DNA of 64,000 bases from Mobula hypostoma (Eukaryota): positions 74,774,001 to 74,838,000 of the forward strand of contig NC_086097.1 in NCBI RefSeq assembly GCF_963921235.1, given 5' to 3'. The number at the start of each line of letters is the position of its first letter. The stretch's first letter is position 1. The notes under the pieces are model-generated. The model ran no database searches and was not told the DNA's origin. It saw only the letters and a program-made list of their open reading frames with translations. Both the position numbers and the translations under genes were made by a program. Shown here piece after piece: positions 1 to 12,900 of the stretch.

Positions 1-110
1 CAACACTGGTGGCCCACAAGATTGTGGCCTCACTCCGTTACTCTACTCCCTTTACACTTGCAACTGTGTGGTCAAATTCTACTCAGTCAAGTTTACAGAT
101 GATACCATCA
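1..110 (+). mobile_element. Rex1/Babar-like LINE RT fragment (5' piece, interrupted)
   Basis: Translates as NTGGPQDCGLTPLLYSLYTCNCVVKFYSVKFTDDTI, a decayed GAPQGCVLSPLLYSLYT..KFADDT RT core. Confidence 0.75.
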
Positions 111-149
111 TTTCATCAGACTCTTATGCTGAAATAAGTTTATAGCTGG

Positions 150-2803
150 GAGTTTAATGACCAAGGATACACATTGTATCAAAAGGATAGGCAGGAAAGC
201 AGCGGGGATGGCATGGCTCTGTTGGTAAAAATGAAATTAAATCATTAGAAAGAGGTGACATAGGGCCGGAAAGTGTTGTATCATTGTGAATAGAGCCAAG
301 GAACTGCAAAAGTAAAAAGACTCTGATGGGAGTTGTATACAAACTCCTAAACAGTAGTAAGGATGTTGTCTACAAATAACAACGGGAAATAGTAATTGCA
401 TGCCAAAAGAGTAATGTTACAATAATCACGGGGGATTTCAATATGCAGGTACATTGAGAAAATCGGGTTGGTGCGGTATTTCAAGAGGGAGAATTTCTAG
501 AATGCCTATGAGATGTATATAATATTGTATCATTTCTTAATGCATGCATTACTAAATGACAATAAAAGAGGACTGCTTGTCTTCATAATCTAAGATGGCT
601 TGTTAAAGCAGCTCATGGTTGATTCCACTGGTGGATCAGCTATTCTGAATTGGCTGTTGTGCAATGAAGGGGAATTGATCGGAAAGCTTAAGGTAAAAGT
701 ATCTTAAGGTAAAAGTGATCATAATATGATTGAATTCACCCTGAAATTGGAGAAGGAGAAGCTAAAGTCAAATTTATCAGTATTACAGTAGAGTAAAGGG
801 AATTCCAGAGGCATGAGAGAGGAGTTGACCAGAATTAATTGGAAAAGTAACACTGGCAGGGATGACAGCAGAGCAGCAATGGCTGGAATTTCTGGAAGTA
901 ATTCAGATCACACAGGATATATGTATATCCCAAACAGGGGGAAGTATTCTAAAGGCAAGATGACATGACCATGGCTAACAAGAGAAGTCAAAGCCAACAT
1001 AAGTGAGGGCATATAATAGAGCAAAATTTAGTGGGAAGTTAGAGGATAAGAAAACTTTTAAAAACCAATAGAAGGCAACTTTGAAAAATCATTAAGAAGG
1101 TAAAAATGGAATATGAAATTAAGGTAGCCAATAATATTAAAGGGGATACCAAAAGTTTCTTCAGATACATGAAGTGTAAAAGAGAGGCAGGAGTGGATGT
1201 CGGATTGCTGGAAAACGATGCTGTAGTGGTAGTAATGGGGGACAAGGAAATGGTGGACGAAATGAATAAGTACTTTGCATCAGTCTTCACCGTGGAAGTT
1301 CCAGGTGTCAGGGGCTGTGAAGTATGTGAAGTTACCATTACTAGAGAGAAGGTTCTTGGGAAACTGTAAAGTCTACAGGTAGATAAGTCACCTGGAACAG
1401 ATGGTGTACACCCCAGGGTTCTGAAGGAGGTGGCTGTAGAGCTTCTGGAGGCATTAGTAATAATCTTTAAAGATTCGTTAGACTCTGGAATGGTTCTGGA
1501 AGATTGGAAATTTGCAAATGTCACTCCATTCTTCAAAAAGGGAGACAGGCAGAAGAAAGGAAATTATAGGCGAGTTAGTCTGACCTCAGTGGTTTGGAAG
1601 ATGTTGGAGTTCATTGTTAAGGATGTGGTTTGGGGATACTTGGAGGCACATGATAGAATAGGCCATAGTCAGCATGGATTCCTCAAGGGAAAACCAGAGG
1701 GGAATCGGTTGATGTTGAGTACTCTCATTTTCAGAAGGTCTTTGACAAGGTGCCACACATGAAGCTGCTTAACAAGTTACAAGCTGTAATATTACAGGAA
1801 AGAATCTAGCATGGATAAAGCAATGACTGATTGGCAGGAGGCAAAGAGTGGTAATAAATGGAGTCTTTTCTGGTTGGCTGCCAATGATTAGTGGTGTTCC
1901 ACAGGGGGCTGTGGTGGGGCCGATTCTTTTTACGTTATACATCAATGGTCGAATTGATGGCTTTGTTGCAGAGTTTGCAGATGGTACAAAGATAGGTGAA
2001 GGGACAAGTAATTTTGAGAAGGAGAGAGGCTACAAAAGGACTTAGATTAAGAGAATGGTTAAAGAATTAGCAGATAGAATACTATGTTGGGAATAAGGAA
2101 CTAAGGAGTCCTTGTGCAAGATTTTGTAAAGGTTAATTCGCAGGTTGAGTCTGTTGAAGCCAAGTTGAAGGCAAATGTGATGATAGCATTCATTTCAAGA
2201 GGACTAGAATATAAAAACAAAGATGTAATTTTGAGGTTTCATAAAACACTGATTAAGCCTTACTTGGAGTATTGTGAGCCGTTTTGGGCCCCTTACAATA
2301 GGAAGGATGTGCAGAAACAGGAGAGGGTTCAAAGGAGGTTCATGAAAATGATTCCAGGATTGAATGGCTTGTCATATGAAGAATGTTTGCTGGCTCTGAT
2401 CTGTATTCACTAGAATTCAGAAGAATGAGGTGACTTAGTTGAAACCTATTGAATGTTGAAAGGCCTCAATAGAGTGGATGTGGAGAGGATGTTTCCTATG
2501 GCTGGGGGGATCTAAGACCAGAGGACACAACCTCAGAATAGAGAGGCACCCTTTTAGAATGGAGAAGAGGAGGAATTTCTTTAGCCTGAGAGTGGTGAAC
2601 CTGTGGAATTTTTTCGCCACAGGCATCTCTGGAGACCAAGTCTTTATGAATATTTAAGGCAGACATTGATAGATTCTTGATTGCTCTGGGCATGAAGAGA
2701 TATGAGGAGAAAGCAGGAGATTGGGGTGAGAGGAAAAATGGATCAGCCATGATGAAATGGTGGAGCAGATTCTGCGCCTATACATTATGGTTTTCTGGTC
2801 TTA
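150..2803 (+). mobile_element. CR1-clade LINE, 5'-truncated, decayed ORF2 (APE C-terminal part + RT) with 3' tail
   Basis: Contains GDFN (~431-442, APE) and ORF fragments DWKFANVTPFFKKGDRQKKGNYRRVSLTS, SGVPQGAVVGPILFTLYIN..FADGTK and RGLEYKNKDVILRFHKTLIKPYLEYCEPFWAP. The 3' end reads gatcagccatgatgaaatggtggagcag...ggtctta. Stops, frameshifts and deletions throughout. Confidence 0.92.
516..592 (+). mobile_element. 77 bp insertion (likely LINE 3'-end remnant) inside CR1 with 5 bp target-site duplication
   Basis: AGATG flanks both sides (511-515 and 593-597). The insert contains aatgacaataaaa. Removing it restores CR1-like gaatgcctatgagatggcttgtta. Confidence 0.65.
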
Positions 2804-3680
2804 TATGGTGGACCATATCTCAGTTAATGTTAAGTTGGACTACAGGAAGGAGGTAGAAAGTTTAGTGACATGGCGTCATGGCCACAACCTTTCCCTCAAT
2901 GTCAGCAAAACAAAAGAGCTGTCCTTGCCCTTGGGAAGGAAGGGTGGTGCAGATGCTCCTGTTTACATCAGTGGTGTCAAGAGGGTTGAGAACTTCAAGT
3001 TCCTAGGAGTGAACATCACCAATAGCCCACCCTGGATCCAACCACACAGATACCATAGCCAAAAAAAAGCTCACCAGCATCTATACTTCCTCAGGAGGGA
3101 AAAGAAATTTGGCATGTTCCATTTGATCCTCATTTAATTTCTTATCAATGTACCTTAGAAAGCATCCTATCCGGAAGTGTCATGGCTTTGTATAACAACT
3201 GCTGTGCTTCTGTCTGCAAGAAACTGCACAGTGTTATGGTCACTGTTCAGCACATCACAGAAACCAGCCTCCCCTTCCCGGGTTCTAACTTCTCACTGCT
3301 TCAGTAAAGCAGCCAGCATAATCAAGAACCCCGCCTAGCCCAGATACCTGCTTCCTTCCCCTTCCCATTAGGCAGAATACAAAAGCCTGAAAGCATGTGC
3401 CACCAAGCTCAAGGACAACTTCCATCCTGCTGTTATAAGACAGTTAAACAGGTCCCTTAGTACAATAAGATAGACTCTTGACCTCACAATCCACCTCATT
3501 ATGACTTTCAGCCTTATTGTCTACCTGCTCTGCACCTCCTCTGAAGCCATAATGTTTTATTCTGCACTCTATAATTGTTTTACTTTGTACTGCCATGATG
3601 CACTGTGTAATGAATTGACTATATGAACAGTATGCAAGACAAGTCTTTTGCTGTACCTTGATACATGGGACAATAATAAA
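2804..3680 (+). mobile_element. Rex1/Babar-like LINE, 3' part of RT and 3'UTR
   Basis: Encodes YRKEVESLVTWRHGHNLSLNVSKTKEL..VKRVENFKFLGVNITN..KKAHQHLYFLRR, with a 3' end near gacaataataaa. Confidence 0.85.
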
Positions 3681-4149
3681 TTTATAAATTTACCAAAGGT
3701 AATTTACAAAATAGTTTAGAAACACAGCCACTCATCAGTCACTGATATTACATTTTCTGCTGGGAGATATATTTATGCAAAAGATATATGTCCTCCAGAA
3801 TAATATCAAGCACTGTTAGCTTCAACTCAGTCCCTAAAGCAAAAGTGACACTTGTGTGATAAGCTGCTGATTTTCTTTGTGCATATGAGTACATAAAGCA
3901 TTGGCATGAGTAGCCCTATGAAATTCCTTTTTTAAAAGTCATTTAGAGGAGAAATATAAAGATACAAGATATATTGAAATTGCAGTCCATCCTCTTTTAA
4001 CCTACATACATAAGCAGTCACTTGGGCTTGCCCTCAGTATTCATCCAGAGGACTGTGACATTTTTATGCTTTATATGCTTCAATCTGAGTGGTAACCAAT
4101 CTCCAAGACATGCTGTAAGTCCACTTTTACCCTTGTGTTTTATGTCTCA

Positions 4150-4700
4150 TGCTCAATGGAGGCTAACACTAGAGACATCAGTAAATCTGCAGCGTCCAAA
4201 TGTATAGAGCAGGTGACTGATGCATTGTTTGCCAGAGGTAGCACTTTAACTTTCCCCATGGACATCTGACAACAGCCTGAGAGACCACTGCATTTTTCAA
4301 GTAGCAAGGTTACCCAAGGTCCAGTGTATTATTGATGGTACCCAAATGGCCCTATGTGCTTCTGTGTACAATAATTGTTCATTCATGACTGCAAAGGATT
4401 GCCCCACTATTAATGTGCTACCATGTGCACACATCCATGCAGGTAAACATCTGCAGCTTAAGCAGCATTTTTCATCCCTTTGTTTTTATGCCACCTAGAA
4501 AGAGAAGTACAAAAATTGGTTCCCAGGAGATTCATTCTATGTCCAACAGCTCAAACTGACAAGCTTCCATTGCTACTGTGGCCAGACAAAATAATGTCCC
4601 CACATCCACCAAAGCTATCATCAAATACGTTATTGTTTGCTGAAAACAGTAAACCAAATGTCTCCCTGCAACAACAGGATCGCAAAATAGATCTTGGTGA
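4150..4700 (+). mobile_element. Fossil PIF/Harbinger (HARBI1-like) DDE transposase fragments
   Basis: Collinear decayed motifs: ISKSAASKCIEQVTDALFAR (~4176), FQVARLPKVQCIIDGTQMAL..FMTAKDCPTINV (~4295-4417) and NWFPGDSFY (~4514). Compare the family motifs GFP.V.GAIDCTH, NRKGFHSINVQ and WLLGDSGY. Confidence 0.7.
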
Positions 4701-7700
4701 GGTTAGAAAGCTATGCATATGGAAGTAACAGGAAACAGTCAGTGAAGAGCTGACCTGCAGGAGAAAGCTCATGTTGAATTAATTGGTACTGAAGCATGCT
4801 GGTCAACTGTCAATACTTTTTTTTTACAAAGCTCAGTCCCTATCTGCTCAGTAAGGAGCAATGCTTCCAATTTTGCCAAATCCTGAGGAATAAGTCATCA
4901 CCTTCACTGACTTGATCTCCAACTGAGCTGCCAGAGATAACAGCCCTTGGCAAACTCCAGCTGCATGACAAGAAACCTCTATGGAGGTGGTGACATTTAA
5001 AGTAAGTGCCCTTCCTGTGCAGGTGATCTGTGTCTATGACTATCGTTGTTAATCCTCTTGGTGACAGTGTGTAATTGGTTTATATGAGACGGTAGGTGTC
5101 TACAAGATGCACAATATCAAGACAATCCTCACAAAGCTACAGGCTCCAACATGTCTCTACCTGCAGCATTACCTTAGCTAAATTGTTCCTACCCACTTCA
5201 TAGCCAATTACTACAATGAGCATAGTGGTGGAAGAGTTCCCAATACTTTTATTTTAATCCCATTATCAGTAAAGCCATAATTTTTTTTCCTGAAAGCTTT
5301 TTGGCAGTTTGCCCTTGGCATTTTTCTAACCTACAGTTTGCTGACCTTGCCTTGATCTCCAGGGTTAGCCTGATTTACACACCAATGACATGCTTCTCTG
5401 TATCAATAATGCCACTGTTTGGTAGCTTGCCATTTAGAAGGAATTCCACCACCTGCCATCTACTAAGTACATATTGATATTAAGGTTAAGGCATTATAGA
5501 TCCTTAAGTGCTTCTTCCAACTAGCTGTTGTGGAGAAGGGTGGGTTGGAAAACAAATATCTTCTGTGCATGCCCCTTCCCTAGGATTCTTAAATGCTTTC
5601 CTCTCTGATAGGTGTTGTCCATTTACCATTCATGTCATCACTCATGCCACAGGCAGGGTCAACAAACTGATGCTTAGAAGAATGTCAATGACAAAGCTGG
5701 CAAAATGAGGATCTCATACTTGAACCAATCTCTGAATTATTTGGGACCATTCCTATACAATGGTAGGTCTAATCCAGATAGAAATGTCTAAATATGAAAG
5801 TAGTTAACACTTGTCTGCTAACAGATTGAAATGAGGAAATACTTGCAAATAGTTCAGTTGAAATTCTGTTTTGAGAAGGAAGTACAAAAAAAGTTTTAGC
5901 AATATTATTAATTATACATCTTCAAATGACAAGAGAGGCTGGATCAAAGAGAGAGGAGCGAGCAAACAGGAAGGTGATGAGTGATTATGAAGTGATGACA
6001 GTGAGCCGGGCTAGAAAATAGAGTGAGGAAAACATACCCATGCTTCCTGAATACCAGTCAGTTCTGTACTGAGCAAATTAAGTTGCAGTGGGCAAGGAAT
6101 GTTCATCAGCATGGATCAAGCTGGCTGTTGTGGATTATATTTAGGAAACTAAGGTCATTCAGAGATTGGCTGGTGACCTTGAGGGAAAAGGTAAGGCCGG
6201 AGCTGGTTTTTCAGCATTCTCTCTTACATTTTCTGTTGATTTCATGTCAGTACAAGATGGTCCTCAAAATCTAGCACATGATTCTTGACAGACAAGTTTA
6301 ACTACATTAGTAAAATTAAATACAATTATTCAGAAGTAAATCTGTAACCAGGAAAGAAGAATGCTAAATTATTATGTCAGAAACTTGGAGGTTTTAGGGG
6401 TAGCTTCCCAATGAGAATTGAATTGCACTTTAGTATAATTAACTCTTTCATCACTTATTATATAGAAAATGGGAAAGGCAGATAATGTGGATGTAGTAGT
6501 TACTGTGAAAGCTATGAATGTGAAGGTATCCTGTCCTGCTTTTTGATTAACCATTTCATTTGTTTTTTTTTGCTCTCCTTGCTTGTTGTTTAGGTAAGTT
6601 ATTCGAGGTGGTGGTTGGTGAAGGAGAACAGGCAGGGTTTAACCAGTTGTTCAAGCAGCTGGCCATTTTACTGCAAAAAATAAAGTCAAAAGTTCAAGTC
6701 ACAGCCAGCCTGTCACTCGCTGTCACTCACTTCAGGAACTGGCTCTGATCTGCTTTCTGCCTGATGACCAGATGACTTTACTCTGGGCCTTTTCCTCTCC
6801 ACTGGTGACTGAGATGAGTGTTGCTCAAGACACAGTGAATGGTAAACTCATGTTTTGTAGGCCCCAGCTCCTCTGACCCTCCTTTTGACAGCATCCCGGA
6901 AGAAAGGAGTGCATTGAGTATTATAGGGAGCAGGTTAAAAAAAAGTGCTAGCACTGTTTTTCCCTTTCCGCAATGTTCCTGTTCTGTGGTGACTGCATTT
7001 TGCGTATCACCATAGCCAGGAAGAACCTATGGCTCTTGCCTGATCTCTCCTCTCATATGAAGGGGTGTGGTATTGAAACAACAGTAAATATTTGAGAGTG
7101 CAAGCCAATCTTGAAAGTTTTAATTTAATGTTGATTCATTTGTTCTTCTCTCTTAGGAAAATGATTTGGCAAACATTTCCACAGTGCATCAGCATACATA
7201 TATATTGTGCTGCCTATAATTTAAATAGTTCCAAATGTCTAAGGGTCTGAAGGCAAGTCTAAAGTGGAATAGATAGCTGGGATGTTACATGAGTAAACAT
7301 TGAAAAGGTGGGAATAAATTATCAAGAACCTATGTTCATTTAGCTAGTTACGCTCTAAAACACTGTAACGTACTTCTGTGTCCATTTTCCAACTCAATCA
7401 GTTACTGAATTCACTTATGAAATAGTCATTTAAGATTAATTTACTCTGATATCAAAATTTAAAGAGCTATGTACAGTGCTACTTTTCATGAAGGGTAAGC
7501 TATCCCCCGCCACTAACTGTTATTAGAAAACTATATATTGCTGTCAGCTGCGGTCTTCAAAGCTTAAAAAAGTTCCTGACACCAGCTATTGCTTTTCAGC
7601 ACCAATGCTTCCAGTTGCTAACTAGGTCTCCTCAATGCTAAATGCAGCTTCACAGTAAAACTTCCTCTAGCATCCATTTCCAGTACATTACTATTTTCTG

Positions 7701-9915
7701 TCATTGGTATTAAGGGTTTGGTACTTGATATTGCTACCTGATACCATTTGTTTTAAAACTTTTTAAAAAAGATTAAATCAAATGTTTGAATGTTGTTGTC
7801 ATTTAAACATTTCACTTAATGTTAAATGTCTCCTTATTTTTTTTTAAAATACCAGGGGTTGTTTAACATGGTTTCGAAAAACCAAGTTTTTTCTTTGTGA
7901 ATAAAGTAGTCTGATCTCATTCTGTCACTCCCCATTGTGTGGATAGAAAAAGGACTAACAAGGCTCCCAACATTTTTTTAAATCTGTACCAATGTTTATG
8001 CTTTTCATCAAAACCTATAAATTGTTTGCTTAAATTGTCAGACAAAACAATCATAAGACTGGGATTCCATTACACAAAGATACCAGTAAAGTTACTCTGG
8101 ATCACATTTTCCACTGATTTTTTTTGATTGAAGGCATAGTTTTCACACTTGCACTGGCTGTAACTTTGAATGAAATGTTATTTGTAACTAATTAATATCA
8201 ATGTTGTAAATAGCTTGTAACATGTCCAATAGAGGCAATAATTATTCACAATATTATTAGCACAGTGGTAACATTTTACCTGATTTTTCCGTAAAGCACT
8301 TTGTCCAGTAATTCGAATTTTTGTGATTCTTTTGTTGCATTACCCGATCTGAAAAATCATTATTTCCGTTAGTTTACTGAGTTTTTAGTTCTTCTTCTGG
8401 CTGTTCGTTTTATGTTATTTTATTCTGCTTTTCCTCCCAAATTAGACGTGTACTGATTCAGTTGTGTTAAAACAGCTAAAAGAAAATTGGATGTTAAATT
8501 GGTTGAGAATAAGTTAAATTGAATTTATTTAAACGTTTCGGAAATAAAAATAAAATGTTGCATTACAGTTTACAAAATAGTGTTCTATATTACTAGAAAT
8601 TGTTTATTTTCCACGGGAGATAATGCCGCAGATTATATCTTCAGTCGTTCCAAGGTAAAACGTGCTACATCTTCACTGTGAAATACGTCTATTTATTTGC
8701 TGCACCGTATTGAATAGGGTATCTTGCACAAGTACGACGTTATCCTACAAACCTCTACAATCACTAAAGTATGAACGCTAACAATAGAATGTACCAGTCA
8801 TATGAAATGAGTGAGTCGTGTTGTGATCCTCACGGTTTTCGCGAAACAAAAATGCTTTTAAGTGATCTGGAAGGTCGTAGTGAAGTGCCAAGACTGATAT
8901 ATAAACTCCGAGTGCTGATAACGCCCTTGTTATTTGCTTATTATTTTAAAGCAACTTGGTGGCTAATTTTGACCAATCCTTGGGAAAATGACAGTTGTCC
9001 TCAATGGGTAATAGGAATGTACTTTGAACATTTGAATACGTTATCATAATTGTATTCAAACAAATCTTGCCTAGATTGTTTTTTTTACCGTGGCTTAGAA
9101 TTGGATCAGCCTTTTATAATTTTTTTAAAAATTAAACTAAACGCAGTGTTTTGTGCAATTTGTTGATTTATGTTCACGGCGGTGTTGTTGGAATTCGTAC
9201 TTTGCAAATAACAGGACATTTAAATTTAAGTGAAACTGGACGCCCACCTTTTTTAAAAAAGTCTTCCCTTCAGGACAGCATTCAGTATTAAAACATTGCT
9301 TGGCCAGGTATGTATTTTATTGATAAACTATATTTGGACTAATTGCACAGGTGAACACGCCTTCCCGAGAGATTCGACGGACACTATGGTTCGCTGATGT
9401 TCCAGAATATTAACTTTCAGCTACGACGCCACGGGCTGCCTTCAGGTAGAATGTCAGTAACTTTGCACTGCAGAAATCCGGTCGATTCCTGAACGTGCGA
9501 TTTGCAGCCATTCCAACCCACCCAACCCCTCTCAAGCCGAAGGTTCCAGAGAACCGCAGGGTTTCCATTTGATTGTAAAGAAAGTCGCGACTGCACCTTG
9601 ATAGGCTCAGTACACACTAGTTTTTATTACAGTGGGAGAAACCAAATGTTAAAACTATTAAGAGTATTCCTGAAAGAAAAGTGGTAGGTTTCTAAAATAC
9701 CTGTGTCTGCATTTCAACAAATTCTCGCGTGCATTTTGTGGTCGGTTGTGTGAGTGTGCGTGTGTGTGATGCGCGCCCGCGTGTGTGCACGTAATTGAGG
9801 AGTAAAACTGCCGTGATCACCAGCATTAGGAGCGCACCGATTGCCGTCCACTGCTCTGCCCCACGTGCTGGGCTGCAGGTCAGCTTCACGGCTCCGTTCG
9901 CTGCGGCCGGGTGCG

Positions 9916-9929
9916 TCAGTAGGGGGCGC
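9916..9929 (+). promoter_or_regulatory. Candidate CTCF binding site
   Basis: TCAGTAGGGGGCGC matches the consensus CCASYAGRKGGCRS at 13/14 positions. An upstream TGCGG (9902-9906) resembles the TGCAG upstream module. Confidence 0.55.
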
Positions 9930-12900
9930 TCGGATGCCGCTCCCTCCACTTGCTGTGTCCTGCGACCACCAGTTCATCGCTGACGAATATTCATTTCCCC
10001 CATCCAGATCCCGAGCGCAGCCCAGCTCTCCATCCAAGATTTTACTTACACTTATCATGAAATCTTTATGCAATTAATACCCGCATTAGCCACCAACTAC
10101 CCGCGGGATATTTATAACCTTTTTATTCTGCATTGAGGGGAAAAATTGAATGCTTGCTAGGTAATAACAACGATTTAAAACGATAAATTATCAACGTTTT
10201 TGCGCCTGTTAGTTCCGCTGGTTCGAACACGATTTATTTGCTGTGCACTGCGACTCCTGGAGCTATAGTTGTGTGTTTTTTTTTCACGGAATTGGTCAAA
10301 TGTTGACAACCTTTAAGACATATAAGACCCAAGATTAGTGATGAGAAACTAATGAGGAAAAAGAGGGTCTTCATCTAAACTTCGCACCCGAGGCTTCTCA
10401 TTAAATCTGAACAGATTGGATATAGCCAAGATTCCTCAGCTGAAAGCTGCAGGCTCAACTTTATCTCAAGTTTTATATGTTGCTTCTTTTGTTTTTTAAA
10501 AAAATACATTTTCATCAGTAAAGCAAAAGGCAAACTGCAGCGTCTTTTGCGGAGCGGGAGGGCGATTCGATCGCTCGGTCTTCCCTTGAGCAGTGTGATT
10601 TACTAATTAGAATATTTACATCATTAAGTCGAGGAGAGCGAGGAAAAATATCCGTCATTCATTTCTTCTAGACTAGAGGTAGACACACTGGAGAGTGTGC
10701 AACCGTCTCTAATTCAAAAAGGCAGTCGGGCAGAAAAGGCTGTGAACAATATCCTGCTAGTTATTAATCAGTACTTCTAATAGCTCGGCGCTTTGCGTGT
10801 TGCAGCCGGCTTTAATATTTTTTGTAATATTGATAGTGAGCATTCTTCGCATAAAGCGCTATACACTTTTGATTGGCCATGCGAGTTTATAAATCATATT
10901 GCTAATGGGGAAATGATGTCCGTTTAAACTTTATTTGCATTTATTTGTAAAATTATTTTCAATTATAATTTTTTAAAAACACCACTGTAGAAGCACTTTT
11001 GAATAACGAGTGTGTTGTTGAGTCAGTACATCGGAAGAGTTTTAATGATATTCGTTCCTCTGCATTTCTTCTTTATGTTTATTGCAAATCAGAGTCTCCA
11101 CAGAGCCAGAAACGTTACCTATAAAGATGGAAAATACTACAAATAATATCTAGGCTTCATTCATTACCTCCATCTCCATCCTCCGGCCTTGGTCAAAAGC
11201 AAATAAGAGTTGGCATTTACGCACTAGGGATAATTATGCAAAATATTTCGGAGCTTCCTGTGGGGAATAATCTGTTGACGCTTATTTTTATTTTTTTTAA
11301 CTTGTTCGATATAAGAACGGAGATACAGTAATCTGATTGTGCCGCCCGGAAATCCACATTTACTGATGAAACAATGATTGTACTTCAGGAATACAGGCTC
11401 TTTCAGCATTCCTGTCATTTGCCTCTTATCTTTAAGCTAACGGTTTCAATTATGATAACGCAGTAACATTACAAATGCCGACATCCCGAATCATACTGTT
11501 TACATCCACATTGCAAGGTAATGTATTTCAAAATGTCTTCATATATAATCCGTTGGATAAAAGCTCATCCAGCCTCCTTAAACAGATAAAGGAGATAAAA
11601 ACGTGACTCAAGTCAATTCTATTTCCCGCGAGCCCCAATTGAATGGTTTACATGATATAAGTTGTCTTTTGCACTGGTTTCAATATTTCTCAGTGCGGTT
11701 TGCTATGTTGTTACATACTGTCTGCATCAAAGTGTGATCTGTATGCAGAGACAAATATAGACTGATGTCACTTATATTTGTATATTTTATGACCAATATA
11801 GAATACTATCGGCTTCAATTTGCACTTTTTTTTCCTTTACTCTTCAATAAACTGACGTGGTGCCCAATAGGTAACGATATACGCTATTCCTATAGTTACG
11901 CACTGGGAGATAATCCATTGTATTCACAATAAAATGACTGGAGTCCAATTTGCAGGAAGATACAGTGAAGACCGATTTTGAAACCAATATATTATGTGCA
12001 GGTTGAAGAAGAAATGAGCTGGAAGCAAAGCAAAACCTGATCTTAAAGACGGTCTGACATTTCCGGGAACAATCAAAAACTATTAAACAAGCATCGTTGC
12101 ACTGAGAAAAAAATACCAATAAGTCTACAACATCCAGCTTAGGTCAACAGGAATAATAATTTACCATACCGACGGATATATAAAGATTTCTAAAGCACAT
12201 CAGCAGTGAAGCAGAAATTTGGATTTGACACAAACTTAATGTAAACCTCGGTACTCCCGTTGCCAGTTCTTGCTCTAACCGTAACGGCTTCCGACTGAAG
12301 GCAATTCAGTGTTAAATGTGACCGCACAGCGGATGCAAAACATATAAAAAGGGCGAAAGATAGTCATTTTTTCGGCATGACATCGATTTCGCTTAAGGAA
12401 AGCGCATTGAATGGTAATATATAGACTCAGAGTTCAATTGACGTGTGATAAATATGCAGCGCTGCTTTTTCTTCCAGTAGGATTTCATTCCGCAGATAGT
12501 TAAAATGACCCAAAACATAATATTAAAACGAGTTAGTCTGTACTTTGGACTAATATTCTAATTAGGATGTGTCTTCAAGAATAACTTGTCACAAAGTCAA
12601 ACTTGTCGATTAGTGTCAATTGTTTTGAAAAAAAATACTCGCATTCGTTTTCAACTGGTAAATATTTTAAGGAGATCTATCAAAGAAGTACCCCTGAGGC
12701 CGAAAAAGAAGCCTTCCTTGGACATAATTAAAGAATACGCTTAACTACTGATAGTTTGAAATCAAGGCTAGCAGATTTTATGGCAAAACAAAATGTATTT
12801 TAGGCGATCCCGTGCGCACGCACGCCGAGGGTCACTCCGGTGAAGTCCGAGCTTTTATTTGCATTGATTTAGTTGGGCCCTGAGATAATAGCTAAGTATC

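Noticed and set aside
689..717. Short tandem duplication ttaaggtaaaagt x2
   Set aside because: Local slippage inside a dead CR1 copy. It is not an array and not CRISPR-like.
1039..1536. 165-aa minus-strand ORF, the longest in the window
   Set aside because: Antisense shadow of the CR1 reverse transcriptase region.
9692..10077. Four overlapping ORFs (62-119 aa) on both strands in the GC-rich core
   Set aside because: No recognisable domain, non-ATG or weak starts, and no supporting exon structure. Such ORFs are expected from stop-poor GC-rich DNA.
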